NCBI GenBank assembly: GCA_963815115.1
Contig: CAWFFN010000009.1
Span: 480,001 to 544,000, forward strand
Reading direction: 5' to 3'
Origin: an uncultured delta proteobacterium
GTDB taxonomy: Bacteria; Desulfobacterota; Binatia; DP-6
DNA length: 64,000 bases
This document shows, piece after piece, positions 46,212 to 55,459 of this stretch. The notes under the pieces are model-generated. The model was not told the origin of the DNA. It ran no database searches and was given only the letters and a program-made list of their open reading frames with translations. The translations under genes and the position numbers were made by a program. The first letter of the stretch is position 1. Each line of letters opens with the position of its first letter.

Positions 46212-47308
46212 GGGACCTCCGACCATCTGAAGCGCGCGCGCAGCCGCACGACGCCCTTTCGGCCGACGGCGAGGATCTCCTCGCCGGGCCCGCTCCCGAA
46301 CTGTCGCAGCGTGATCGCTGCGACCTCCGGAGCGAGAAGCTCACGAGCCCCGACCTGGGAGCGCGTCGCCAGCGGTCGGCGGGGCTCCGAACAGGAGCAG
46401 CCACGCTCGATGGCTGCGGCCGGCAGCAGCCGGAGGGGCGCGGGCGACACGAGGCGGCAGCGCAGGCATTCCATGCCGAGCATGGGGATGCTCCGCCGTC
46501 CGAGCAGCACGGTCGCATCGTCGCCGGCCTCGGCGATGAGCCGCTCGACGATCGCGCCGACGGTCAGGTCGTCGATCCCGCCGTCGAGTTCGATCACGCG
46601 CGACTCGTCGGGGTGATGTGCGACGGGACAGCCGGGTACCGGGTGCGGTGGCATGCGGATCACGTACTCCGGTCCAGCGGAATCACGCTGGTGACGGCCG
46701 CCGGCCACGGATCGGTCGCCCTCGAGCCAGCGCAGGAGCAGCCGCACGCCGGCGTCGGCTGCTGCCGCGGCGGCTTCGGCCGATGCACGCGGCGCCGTCG
46801 TCTCGTCGCAGCTCGTCGCCGACGCCAGGCGATCCGCGTGCCGCTCCGTCTCCCCCCACAGGCACACGGGGCACGAGGCGTTCCGGCCCGTCGCGAAACA
46901 CCGCACCTGGTATCCGCCGCGAGTCGACTGGTTCCCGCAGGTGAGAACCAGGAGCAGCGGCCCGGTCACGGCGCCGCCCCAGATTGCCTCGACGACGTCG
47001 CGGATCGCGGTGGGATTGTCGAGCGCCAGGACGACGGCGTCGAGCGCGCGCACCAGCCCGGGCCGCACCGTGAAGCGTACGTCGCCGTGGAGAGCACGAG
47101 CGATCGCCCCCCGCGCACGCCGCCGATCCGCGGTGACGACGGCCTTCGGCCGGAAGCAGTCGGCGGCGTCGAAGAGCGACGTGGACAGGTTCTCGGGCAG
47201 GACCTGCTGAGCATCGGCGACGGTGACGGCGATGGACGCCGGCAGCAGCCCGGCGACGCGCGAGCCGATGGCGCCGGCGCCGAAGAGGCCCACCTCCGCG
47301 CCGCTCAC
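46208..47308 (-). CDS. E1-like ThiF-family enzyme with Zn sites and C-terminal UFD-like region (E1-a)
   Basis: FGAGAIG, ENL, PKA, ALDN, CPVC, candidate catalytic TSC, GCPVAH and CLRC...CSC; GTGA coupling. Confidence 0.8.
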   Translation of the reverse strand: MSGAEVGLFGAGAIGSRVAGLLPASIAVTVADAQQVLPENLSTSLFDAADCFRPKAVVTADRRRARGAIARALHGDVRFTVRPGLVRALDAVVLALDNPTAIRDVVEAIWGGAVTGPLLLVLTCGNQSTRGGYQVRCFATGRNASCPVCLWGETERHADRLASATSCDETTAPRASAEAAAAAADAGVRLLLRWLEGDRSVAGGRHQRDSAGPEYVIRMPPHPVPGCPVAHHPDESRVIELDGGIDDLTVGAIVERLIAEAGDDATVLLGRRSIPMLGMECLRCRLVSPAPLRLLPAAAIERGCSCSEPRRPLATRSQVGARELLAPEVAAITLRQFGSGPGEEILAVGRKGVVRLRARFRWSEVP

Positions 47309-47742
47309 GGTGACGCCTCCGGGGTCTCGTCCTGGACGGGCGCAGCGCATCCGGAGCAGGTGATGGCGAGCGTGGCGCAGTCCGTGTGGGCCGGCGCCTC
47401 GCACCGGCACGCCACGATCGGCTCCCCGGCCGCGATCGCGCCGAAGCACACCGCGCACTCGAGCCCGGCCGGCGCCGTCCGCCACTCGCGTGCGGACTGC
47501 CACCGCACCTCCACGCGCCACTCGCCGGCGCGCACCAGCGCCCCGGCACCACGGTCGACCACCCCGAGCCCTCCCAGCATCGGCCGACCATCGATCCGTG
47601 CGCCGGACGGCGGCGCCAGCACGACGGCATCGCCGCCTGTCATGCGGACGAAGCGCAGAACCGGGACCTGGCCGCTGCGACCGACCTCGACGATGTCTCG
47701 CAGGACGAGGGACGCAGCCGGCGTGACGATGACGTGCGGCAT
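47305..47742 (-). CDS. Degenerate FHA-like domain plus C4HC3 RING finger (candidate E3 ligase)
   Basis: C-x2-C-x12-C-x-C-x4-H-x2-C-x6-C-x2-C; N-terminal VGR...ARIDG..M..GL.VV..G..VR.G beta pattern; RBS AGGAGG. Confidence 0.75.
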   Translation of the reverse strand: MPHVIVTPAASLVLRDIVEVGRSGQVPVLRFVRMTGGDAVVLAPPSGARIDGRPMLGGLGVVDRGAGALVRAGEWRVEVRWQSAREWRTAPAGLECAVCFGAIAAGEPIVACRCEAPAHTDCATLAITCSGCAAPVQDETPEASP

Positions 47743-47852
47743 GCCCGACCTCCTAGCGCGCGACGATCACCGTCCGCGCACATTTCGCGGGAAGCGGTCG
47801 CGAGGGAGGCGAAAGCGGCCGGACCTGGGGCCAGCGGGATGCGGAAGAACGG

Positions 47853-48365
47853 CTAGGTGAGGAGCTCGACGAGCCTGCGGGCTCCGCGCCGGGAGCACAG
47901 CACCCAGTCGATCGTCGGCGCGGGCCCCGTGAGCTCGCCCGTGCGCATCCCGCACATCCGCTCGTCCACGTTCGGCACGAGCACGTTGGTGAGCGACACC
48001 AGGATGCCGCGCTGAGCCAGCGCGAACCCGCTCCCGAGGTGGTCCGAGAGCGCCTTCAGCGACGGGCTGTTGGCGCGGAGCGTGAGCCCCTTCACCTCGA
48101 GGAGCCCGAAGATGCGTGACCATGCGTAGTAGCGGTCGTCGCGCGGCGGGACCAGAGCGATCCACGCGGCCTGGACGTATCGGTGCAGCCATTTGCCGGA
48201 GCCCAGGATCGTCACGTCGCCCGTGACCGGCAGCAGCAGTCGCTTGCCCCGGAACGGGCCGGCGAGAGGTGCGGCGAGGATCGTGACGCGTGCCGGAACG
48301 AACCCCTCGCAAAACCTTGCGCCGCAGTGCTCCCAGCGGCCGGGACGGCTACAATCCGTTGACAT
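47853..48365 (-). CDS. Hypothetical protein upstream of the RING gene
   Basis: ATG 48365 after GAGGAG; same strand as the operon; no recognisable motif. Confidence 0.55.
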   Translation of the reverse strand: MSTDCSRPGRWEHCGARFCEGFVPARVTILAAPLAGPFRGKRLLLPVTGDVTILGSGKWLHRYVQAAWIALVPPRDDRYYAWSRIFGLLEVKGLTLRANSPSLKALSDHLGSGFALAQRGILVSLTNVLVPNVDERMCGMRTGELTGPAPTIDWVLCSRRGARRLVELLT

Positions 48366-48606
48366 GTGCGCGGCTCCTCGCCGGATCGACTCGGGCGCAG
48401 CGTCGCACGCGCGCGACGCCACGGCGGCTGACTCACCGGACGACGAGACGTGACGAGATCTACGTGCGATGGCTGCGATGACCGGGCGCCCTGCGGCGCC
48501 GCGGTTCCCCCCTGAGCGCGGAGGACAGCACATATTCTTTCGCACGTCGAGGTTTTTCCACGTGCACGATCACCAGACACGACGCGTCACGAGTCGACGC
48601 CACATC

Positions 48607-48666
48607 GAATCGGCGTGCACGCCAGAACGATCGGCGTGGACGCCGATTCGAACTGGCGTGCACCCG
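48607..48666. promoter_or_regulatory. Three-copy palindromic element GGCGTG[C/G]AC[G/C]C[C/G], candidate operator array
   Basis: Copies start at 48612, 48633 and 48655 (21-22 bp period), between the Xre gene and the Ubl operon. Confidence 0.55.
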
Positions 48667-48670
48667 AGCG

Positions 48671-49675
48671 CTACTCGCCGACGAGCGCCCAGCTCACCGG
48701 CACACGATCGTCGAAGCCGGGATCATCGGAGCCAGACTCCGTCAACGGACGCGAGTAGATTGCCGTGAATGCTCGCATCATGCCGCGCTTGCGCTTCTCT
48801 GGGTAGAGCGCGCTCGCGGACGAGTCATCGCACGCGAGCATCGTGCCCGCGAGCGTCCCGCAACCGCTGTGGCCCATGATCGCGATGATGATGCGGTCGT
48901 CGCCCTCGGATGGACGGCTGTCCGGATTGAAGCGGTAGGCGAAGATGAGCCCGCAGTCCTCGCCCACGTCGCCGCGGCCGACCACGGTGCGGCGCGCGAC
49001 GAGCCTCGCCGATCCCTCCCGCAGTATACCGAGCTCGGCCGTTGCGGCTGCCTCGTCGCTGAACGACGACGCGTGCTTTCGATCCGAGCGGAAACGATAC
49101 GGAAATCCGTCGCGCCGGCTGCGACTCCGCGGCGGCACGCCGAATCCCCGGCAGACCGCGTCCTCGGCGATGGGATTCACGATGGGCGATCCGAGGATGA
49201 GATGGCAGCCGTCGGCGTAGAGCTTCTCGACCCGTGCGGGGTCGTGCAGGGCGTCCATGTGCTCCTGGAAGGTGAACACCACGCCCCGGCCGGGGGGACG
49301 ATTCAGGTACTCGTAGACGTGGAACAGCGCTCGCACGTCCCAGGTGCCGATGCCCTGGCGATCGAGGGGGATCCCGACCGGCTTCCCCTTCACGGACTCG
49401 AGCGACGTCGACCCCACGTGCACGGTCAGCTTCCCGCTGCGGCGGATCGGGTACCAGATGTCGGCAGGGACCGCCTGCAGGAGCTCGTGCAGCTCGATCC
49501 TGAGTGCGGCGCAGAGCTTTCCGAGCGTTTCCGGTTTCACGGCGCCCCAGGTGCCATCGCACAACGCGCTGATCCGCTCGGTGTCGACCGTGCTGAGTTC
49601 GGAGAGCTCCTTCTGCGTCAGCCGGCGCGCGCGCATGATTTCGTCGAGCCGACACACGATGCGCTTCGGTACCAT
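48671..49675 (-). CDS. Cro/Xre-type HTH regulator with C-terminal putative sensor domain
   Basis: RLDEIMRARRLTQKELSELSTV....ISALC......TLGKLCAALRIELHELL; C-terminal LILGSPIVN, DCGLI and IMGHSGCGT. Confidence 0.85.
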   Translation of the reverse strand: MVPKRIVCRLDEIMRARRLTQKELSELSTVDTERISALCDGTWGAVKPETLGKLCAALRIELHELLQAVPADIWYPIRRSGKLTVHVGSTSLESVKGKPVGIPLDRQGIGTWDVRALFHVYEYLNRPPGRGVVFTFQEHMDALHDPARVEKLYADGCHLILGSPIVNPIAEDAVCRGFGVPPRSRSRRDGFPYRFRSDRKHASSFSDEAAATAELGILREGSARLVARRTVVGRGDVGEDCGLIFAYRFNPDSRPSEGDDRIIIAIMGHSGCGTLAGTMLACDDSSASALYPEKRKRGMMRAFTAIYSRPLTESGSDDPGFDDRVPVSWALVGE

Positions 49676-49752
49676 CGATCCCCCCGGCGCTCGTCCACTG
49701 CCCCAAGTGGCCGCGCGGACGCAAGCGGGCGCGTCGTGTCGGCGCGAGACGA

Positions 49753-52134
49753 CTAGGGAATCAGGCCGGCGACCCGGCTCCGCGCCAGGAGCTCGATGGC
49801 GTCGGCGCGGCGGATGGTGGCCCGGATCTCGTCCGCGAACGCGCGCCGGCGCTCGGCCAGCTCCGGCGTGCCGCGCTCGAGCAGCCCGCGGTTGCCCGCC
49901 AGCCGCAGCGCGGTCTCGAAGAGCACCTTGGAGACCGACTCGCCGCTCTGGATGCGGCGCTGCAGGAGATACTGCTTGCCGAGCGCGAGGCAGCGTCCCA
50001 GAAACGCGTTCTGGTCGAACGGCGCGTCCGGGCTCTCGCGCACCAGGGCGTCGGCGACCACCCGGTACGCGTGCAGAAACGGGCGCAGCACGCGGTGCGC
50101 GTTGAACGGCCGGAACGAGCGCACCACCCCCTGGATGGCGGCGGGGCCGCGGGCCAGCGCGGACTCCCACTTGTCGTCGTGCAGCGCGACCTCGTCCGCG
50201 ATCTCCTCGCGGAAGCGCTCCTTGTCGGCGAAGAAGAACTCGAACTTCAGGAGATCGCGGAGCCCCATCGCCTCGTCCCAGAAGGTCTGACGGCGGTGCT
50301 CGACGTGATCCTCGCCCGCGCGCAGCAACGCGATCTCGGCGATGGCGGAGGTGACGAAGAAGTGCACGATGGTGTTGCGGTAGTAGGCCGCGGTCAGATG
50401 CTGGTCGGGCCCGACCGCGTACACGGCCTCCGGCCCCTCGGCGTAACAGGTGACGACGCCGTTCTCGACCAGCGCGTCGAGCGTGCGCTGCACGCTCTCG
50501 GGCGAGTCGAGCCCGAGGTCGACGGTGGTCGGCAGTGCGCGCCGGCGGATGTACTGCACGAGATTCTGCAGCGCGACGAGGATATCCGGGACGCTGAGGG
50601 CGCGGTCGCCGCGGCCGAGCAGCGCCAGCGCCACCAGCGACGTCGGCGTGATCGGCGTGACGCGGTTGATGCGGACGGCCACCTCGAAGGCCAGCTTCTG
50701 GACCGTGAGGTGCTGCTCCTCCGTGTCGTCTCCGGAGAGGTGCTCGGCGGCGAGCGGGTCCGGTGGCCCGAGGGTCTGGGCCAGCGAGATCGGCTTGCCG
50801 AAGCGGATGTAGATGTCGCCGAAACGCGAGCGCAGGCCGCGCACCACCCCGACGAACCAGCCGAAGCTCTCGCGCTCCTTCTTGCCGCCGTGCTGCTCGG
50901 CGGTGTATGAGCCGACGTCCTGGATCTGGTCGTAGGCGATCGCGACCGGCAGCAGGATGACGTCCTCGCTCTTGCCGCGCCGGTAGGCGTCGACGACGTT
51001 GGCGAGGAGCCCGAAGCGCGGCGGCAGCAGCTTGCCCGAGCGCGAGCGGCCGCCCTCGATGTACCACTCCAGGGAGAAGCGCTTCTCGATCAGGTAGTCG
51101 ATGTAGCTCCGCAGCACGAACTTGTAGATCGGGTTGTCCTTGAACGTCCGGCGAATGAAGAACACGCCGCTGCGGCGCACCAGCGGACCGACCGGAAAGA
51201 AGTTCATGTTGATGCCGCCGGCGGTGTGGTTCGGTGGATGGCCGTTCTCGTGCAGCGCGTACTGCAGGACCAGGTGGTCGAGGTTCGACTTGTGGGAGGG
51301 GAGGAAGACCACCGGGGAGCGCTGGGCGAGGGCGTAGGTGCGCTCCAGGTCGCCGCGGTCGTAGTGCAGCGCCTCGGTGTACGCCCGCGTGTAGAGGAGA
51401 TGGATGAGCTGCGCGCTGAGGTCGATGACGTAGGGGCTGTGGGTCGCGGCGATCTCCTTCAGATAGCGCTCCGCATCGCGCTGGGCCGCCGGCACGGGAC
51501 GTCCGACCTGCTGCGCCAGCCGTGCGATCCCGCCGCGGAACGCGGGCCGGGAGACGATGTCCTCGCGCACGAAGCGAGGCACCTTGTAGCGCATCCCGCG
51601 GACGCGGCGCTCGGCGCGCTCGAGCGCCAGACCCGCCTGGCGCGTGACGAAGTCGGCCAGTCCCGTGGTCTCGCCGAGGTCGGCGCCGCCCGCGCGGCGC
51701 CAGCGCTCTCGCAGCTCCGAGGCCAGCGCCGCCTCGCCCGCCACCACCTGGTAGCGGGCCGAGCGCCGCGCGCCGAGCGCCTGGCGCATCCGGCCGGGAT
51801 CCCGCGGATCCCCCAGCAACAGCAGCCGGAGCAGCCGGCGGCGGGGGCCGCCCCGGGCCGGACCCTGGAGCCAGGCCACCCGGAGCGGCGTGAGGAGCGG
51901 GTCGTCGTCCGCCGCCAGGCACGCCTCCAGGCGCCCGTCGAGGCGCGGACGGCGCGGGCGGCGTCGCGTCGGAGGGATCGCGATGATCTCGTACGGGATG
52001 CCCGTCGGGACGTGATGCTCGAAGACCCACTGGCGCAGGATGCGCCGCTCGATGCCGCTGCAGGCGTCGAGGAGAAACACGACGCGCCGGCTGCCGACCT
52101 CTTCCCGGGGCTGCTGTCGGGTCGCTTGCGCCAT
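49753..52134 (-). CDS. plsB: Glycerol-3-phosphate acyltransferase
   Basis: PSHKSNLD (HxxxxD), GVFFIRR, YIEGGRSRSGKLLPP and LPVAIAYD motifs. Confidence 0.9.
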   Translation of the reverse strand: MAQATRQQPREEVGSRRVVFLLDACSGIERRILRQWVFEHHVPTGIPYEIIAIPPTRRRPRRPRLDGRLEACLAADDDPLLTPLRVAWLQGPARGGPRRRLLRLLLLGDPRDPGRMRQALGARRSARYQVVAGEAALASELRERWRRAGGADLGETTGLADFVTRQAGLALERAERRVRGMRYKVPRFVREDIVSRPAFRGGIARLAQQVGRPVPAAQRDAERYLKEIAATHSPYVIDLSAQLIHLLYTRAYTEALHYDRGDLERTYALAQRSPVVFLPSHKSNLDHLVLQYALHENGHPPNHTAGGINMNFFPVGPLVRRSGVFFIRRTFKDNPIYKFVLRSYIDYLIEKRFSLEWYIEGGRSRSGKLLPPRFGLLANVVDAYRRGKSEDVILLPVAIAYDQIQDVGSYTAEQHGGKKERESFGWFVGVVRGLRSRFGDIYIRFGKPISLAQTLGPPDPLAAEHLSGDDTEEQHLTVQKLAFEVAVRINRVTPITPTSLVALALLGRGDRALSVPDILVALQNLVQYIRRRALPTTVDLGLDSPESVQRTLDALVENGVVTCYAEGPEAVYAVGPDQHLTAAYYRNTIVHFFVTSAIAEIALLRAGEDHVEHRRQTFWDEAMGLRDLLKFEFFFADKERFREEIADEVALHDDKWESALARGPAAIQGVVRSFRPFNAHRVLRPFLHAYRVVADALVRESPDAPFDQNAFLGRCLALGKQYLLQRRIQSGESVSKVLFETALRLAGNRGLLERGTPELAERRRAFADEIRATIRRADAIELLARSRVAGLIP

Positions 52135-52219
52135 CCGCGCCGATACTACGACGACTGCCCACCGGGGTGATAGGGCGTCGGTGGCCGAGCCTCGGCGGCG
52201 ACGCTATGCTCCGCGTTCG

Positions 52220-53650
52220 GTGTCGGGGTACGAGGACATCACGCGGGAGATCGACGAGGGACCGGCCGGTCCCTCCATCGGAGCCTTCTTCGATCTCGAC
52301 CGCACCCTCATCGCCGGGTTCTCGGTGATGCCCATGCTCTTCGACGGGCTGGTCAGCGGACGCATCGGGCCCGCCGGGCTCGCGCTCACCACGGTGGCCG
52401 GGCTTCGCTTCCAGCTCGGCCAGCTGGGCTTCTCGGAGCTCCTCGCCGAGGCGGCCGGATTGCTGAAGGGCGAGTCCGAGGCGACGATGCGGGAGGTCGG
52501 AGAGCGTCTCTACTCCGACGCCCTCGCGTCGGAGGTCTATCCCGAGGCCCGGGCCATCGTGCGCGCCCATCTGCGCCGCGAGCACACCGTGGCGGTCATC
52601 TCGTCGGCCACGCGCTACCAGGTCGAGCCGCTGGCACGGGATCTCGGCATCGAGCACGTGGTGTGCAGCCGCCTGGAGGTGCGCGACGGCCGCTTCACCG
52701 GCGGCGTCGAGCCGCCGCTGTGCTACGGCGAGGGCAAGCTGGAGGCTGCGCGCGGCCTCGCCGCCAGCCGCGGCCTCGAGCTGGCGGAGAGCTACTTCTA
52801 CACCGACAGCGACGAGGACCTGCCGCTGCTCGAGCACGTCGGCCGCCCGAGGCCGACGAACCCGAACCGGCGCCTCGCCGCCCTCGCCGCGCGGCGCGGC
52901 TGGCCCAGCCGCACGTTCACCACCCGCGGCATGCCCGGCGCGCTCGACGTCCTGCGCACGTCGCTCGCGGTGGGCAGCCTGGTGCCGGCGTTCCTCCTCG
53001 GGCTGCCGGCGGGCGCGCTCGAGGGCAGCTGGCGGCAGGTCGTCAACCTCGCCGCCACCACCTTCGGCGAGCTCGGCAGCGCGCTCGCCGGCATCCGCCT
53101 GCGGGTGACGGGCGAGGAGCACCTGTGGTCGCATCGCCCCGCGGTCTTCATCTTCAACCACCAGAGCGGGATCGACATGCTGATCCTGTGCAAGCTGCTG
53201 CACCGCGACTTCGTCGGCATCGCCAAGCAGGAGATCCGCCGCAACCTGGTCTTCGGCCCGTTCTTCGCCCTCGCCGGCACGGTGTTCATCGATCGCTCGG
53301 ACCACGTGCGCGCCGTCAACGCGCTCGAGCCCGCGGTCCAGGCTCTGCGCGAAGGGCTGTCGATCGCGATCGCGCCCGAGGGCACGCGCAGCACCACCGG
53401 GAGGCTCGGTCGGTTCAAGAAGGGGGCGTTCCACCTGGCCCTGGAGGCGCGCAGGCCGATCGTTCCGATCGTCATCCACAACGCCCTCGACGCGCTGCCG
53501 AAGCACGCCTGGGTCGTGCGGCCGGCGACCATCGACGTCGTGGTGCATCCGCCGATCGCGACCGACGACTGGCAGGTCGAGACCATCGACGAGCGCATCG
53601 CCGAGGTGCGCAAGCTTTACGAGGACACCCTCCAGGCATGGTCAAGCTGA
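52220..53650 (+). CDS. HAD-IB hydrolase / 1-acylglycerol-3-phosphate acyltransferase (PlsC-like) fusion
   Basis: FFDLDRTL, YTDSDEDLP, NHQSGID, FIDR and APEGTRS motifs. Confidence 0.9.
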   Translation: MSGYEDITREIDEGPAGPSIGAFFDLDRTLIAGFSVMPMLFDGLVSGRIGPAGLALTTVAGLRFQLGQLGFSELLAEAAGLLKGESEATMREVGERLYSDALASEVYPEARAIVRAHLRREHTVAVISSATRYQVEPLARDLGIEHVVCSRLEVRDGRFTGGVEPPLCYGEGKLEAARGLAASRGLELAESYFYTDSDEDLPLLEHVGRPRPTNPNRRLAALAARRGWPSRTFTTRGMPGALDVLRTSLAVGSLVPAFLLGLPAGALEGSWRQVVNLAATTFGELGSALAGIRLRVTGEEHLWSHRPAVFIFNHQSGIDMLILCKLLHRDFVGIAKQEIRRNLVFGPFFALAGTVFIDRSDHVRAVNALEPAVQALREGLSIAIAPEGTRSTTGRLGRFKKGAFHLALEARRPIVPIVIHNALDALPKHAWVVRPATIDVVVHPPIATDDWQVETIDERIAEVRKLYEDTLQAWSS

Positions 53651-54324
53651 TCTTTCTCTGCCGGCGCCGTCCGGAGCTGACGCACGAGCAGTACGTCGAG
53701 CGTCTGCTCGGCGACCACGTGCCGCTGGCGCTGCGCCACCATCCCGCCATGCGCGGCTACGTGGTGAACGTCGTGGAGACGTCCGGGCCCGGCCTGGAGC
53801 CGCTCGACAGCATCGCCGAGCTGTCCTTCGAGACGCTCGCCGACTTCGAGGACCGGCTCTACGACTCCCCCGACGGACGGGCCGCGATCGAGCGCGACGT
53901 CGCCGGGTTCCTCGGCGCCGCGGATGCCTACCTGACCGTGGAGCGGGTGCAGCTGGACGCCGGCGAACGCCATGCCAGCGGGACCCGGTCACCCGGCGTG
54001 AAGATCGTCTGCCCGGTTCGCCGCCGGCCCGACCTGAGCCGGGAAGCCTTCCTCGAGCACTGGCTCGGGACGCATGCTCCGATCGCGCGCGTGCACCATC
54101 CCGGGCTGACGCGTTACTTCACCAACGTGGTCGAGCAGCATCTCGGCTCCGGGGACGAGGACTGGGACGGCTTCACCGAGCTGCACTTCGCCTCGGCGGC
54201 GTCCATCGCGGGCGGCCTGTTCGACTCGCCCGAGGGCGAGCGTGCGGTGCGCGACGACATCGCGCTCTTCATCGGCCACGCGGGAGCGTACCGGGTGGCG
54301 GAGTACGTCTTCAAGCTCCCCTAG
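53638..54324 (+). CDS. Tandem EthD-domain protein
   Basis: Two RRRP.L..E.....W/L...H.PLA..H units with D...EL.F. Confidence 0.88.
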   Translation: MVKLIFLCRRRPELTHEQYVERLLGDHVPLALRHHPAMRGYVVNVVETSGPGLEPLDSIAELSFETLADFEDRLYDSPDGRAAIERDVAGFLGAADAYLTVERVQLDAGERHASGTRSPGVKIVCPVRRRPDLSREAFLEHWLGTHAPIARVHHPGLTRYFTNVVEQHLGSGDEDWDGFTELHFASAASIAGGLFDSPEGERAVRDDIALFIGHAGAYRVAEYVFKLP

Positions 54325-55404
54325 TGCTCCGCCGTCGAGATGCGCTCAAGCATTCGACGATGCGACCGGATGATCGCCGCGGCAGGTTTCGTCCAGGCGA
54401 ACGGCGTCGGGTTCTTCTTCCAGGCGCGCATGTAGGCGTTGAGATGATCGCGCAGGGCCTTCGCCGAGTGGAAGTCCGTCAGGCTCAGGGATTGTTTGCC
54501 GAGAATGCCGAAGAACCCTTCCACTTGATTGAGCCACGACGCGCTCGTCGGGGTGTAGTGGAAGCGAACCAAGGGGGGGCGTATCGAGCCAGGCGCGCAC
54601 GGCGGGGGTGCGGTGGGACGACGAATTGTCGAGAATGACGTGCAGTTCGCGGCCCGGATACGCCCGCACGACTTTCTCCATGAACGCGAGGAAGTCCGCG
54701 GCGGTGTGCCGAGCGCTGAGCCGATGCGTAACGTCGCCGGTCGCGACTTCGAGGGCGGCGTACAGATCGACGACCCCATGGCGCTTGTAGTCGTGGGTGT
54801 GCCGCACGGCGCGGCCGGAGCGCAGCGGGAGCGGCCGTTGCGTCCGCTCCAACGCTTGGATCGACGTCTTCTCGTCCACGCTGAGGACCACGGCGTGCTC
54901 GGGGGGATGGAGGTAGAGCCCCACGATGTCGTGCACCTTCGCGACAAAGTCCGGGTCGCGGCTCACCTTGTACGTGCGCACGTGATGGGGCTTGAGCCCG
55001 TGGCGCCGCAGGAGATCGGACACGCAGCCACTCGTCAGGCCGACTTCCTTCGCGAGCAGGCGCGTCGTCCAGCGGCTGCGGCCCGCCGGCGGGGGCGACA
55101 TAGCCAGCTCGACCACGCGCTCCACCGTCGCGGCGGGGACGGCGTGATCCGTGCGCCCGCCCTTCGGTCGCGTGGCGAGGCCGGCGACCCCGCCGTCGAG
55201 AAACCGGCGTCGAATCCGCGACACAGCCTCGGCCGACAGCTGCAGGCGGCGGGCGATGTCGGCGCCCGCCACGCCGTCGGCACTCCACAGCACCACATGC
55301 GCGCGCCGGATCACCTGCGCCGAGTCAGTCGCCCGCGCCACGAGGGTCTCCAACTCGCGCCGCTGCTTCGCCGTAAGCCCCACCACCATCCGCCGTCGTC
55401 TCAT
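54321..55404 (-). pseudogene. IS630 transposase, frameshifted (one extra C in a C7 run near 54573-54579)
   Basis: SVDEKT, YKRHG and ILDN..SH in one frame; RFHYTPTSASWLNQVE continues in the other frame. Confidence 0.85.
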
Positions 55405-55459
55405 GCCACATTGGACGCACGTGCGTCATATTGATTCGATGACGACGGCGGTGCACTAG
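54321..55459 (-). mobile_element. IS630-family insertion sequence
   Basis: 17-bp terminal inverted repeats CTAGTGC[T/A]CCGCCGTCG at 54321-54337 and 55443-55459, each including the CTAG/TA target. Confidence 0.9.

Noticed and set aside
39811-47308. Thiamine or molybdopterin biosynthesis (thiF/moeB with thiS/moaD)
   Set aside because: No thiG, moaE, rhodanese or cysteine synthase genes; the presence of E2, RING and AAA genes points to protein conjugation
48607-48666. CRISPR array
   Set aside because: Repeats are 12 bp with 9-10 bp gaps, far too short, and no cas genes are present
48671-53548. 1625-aa ORF, and similar very long ORFs such as 30288..34571, 36291..39698 and 57489..60389
   Set aside because: These are stop-poor GC-rich extensions overlapping real genes; only their 3' portions have motifs and plausible starts
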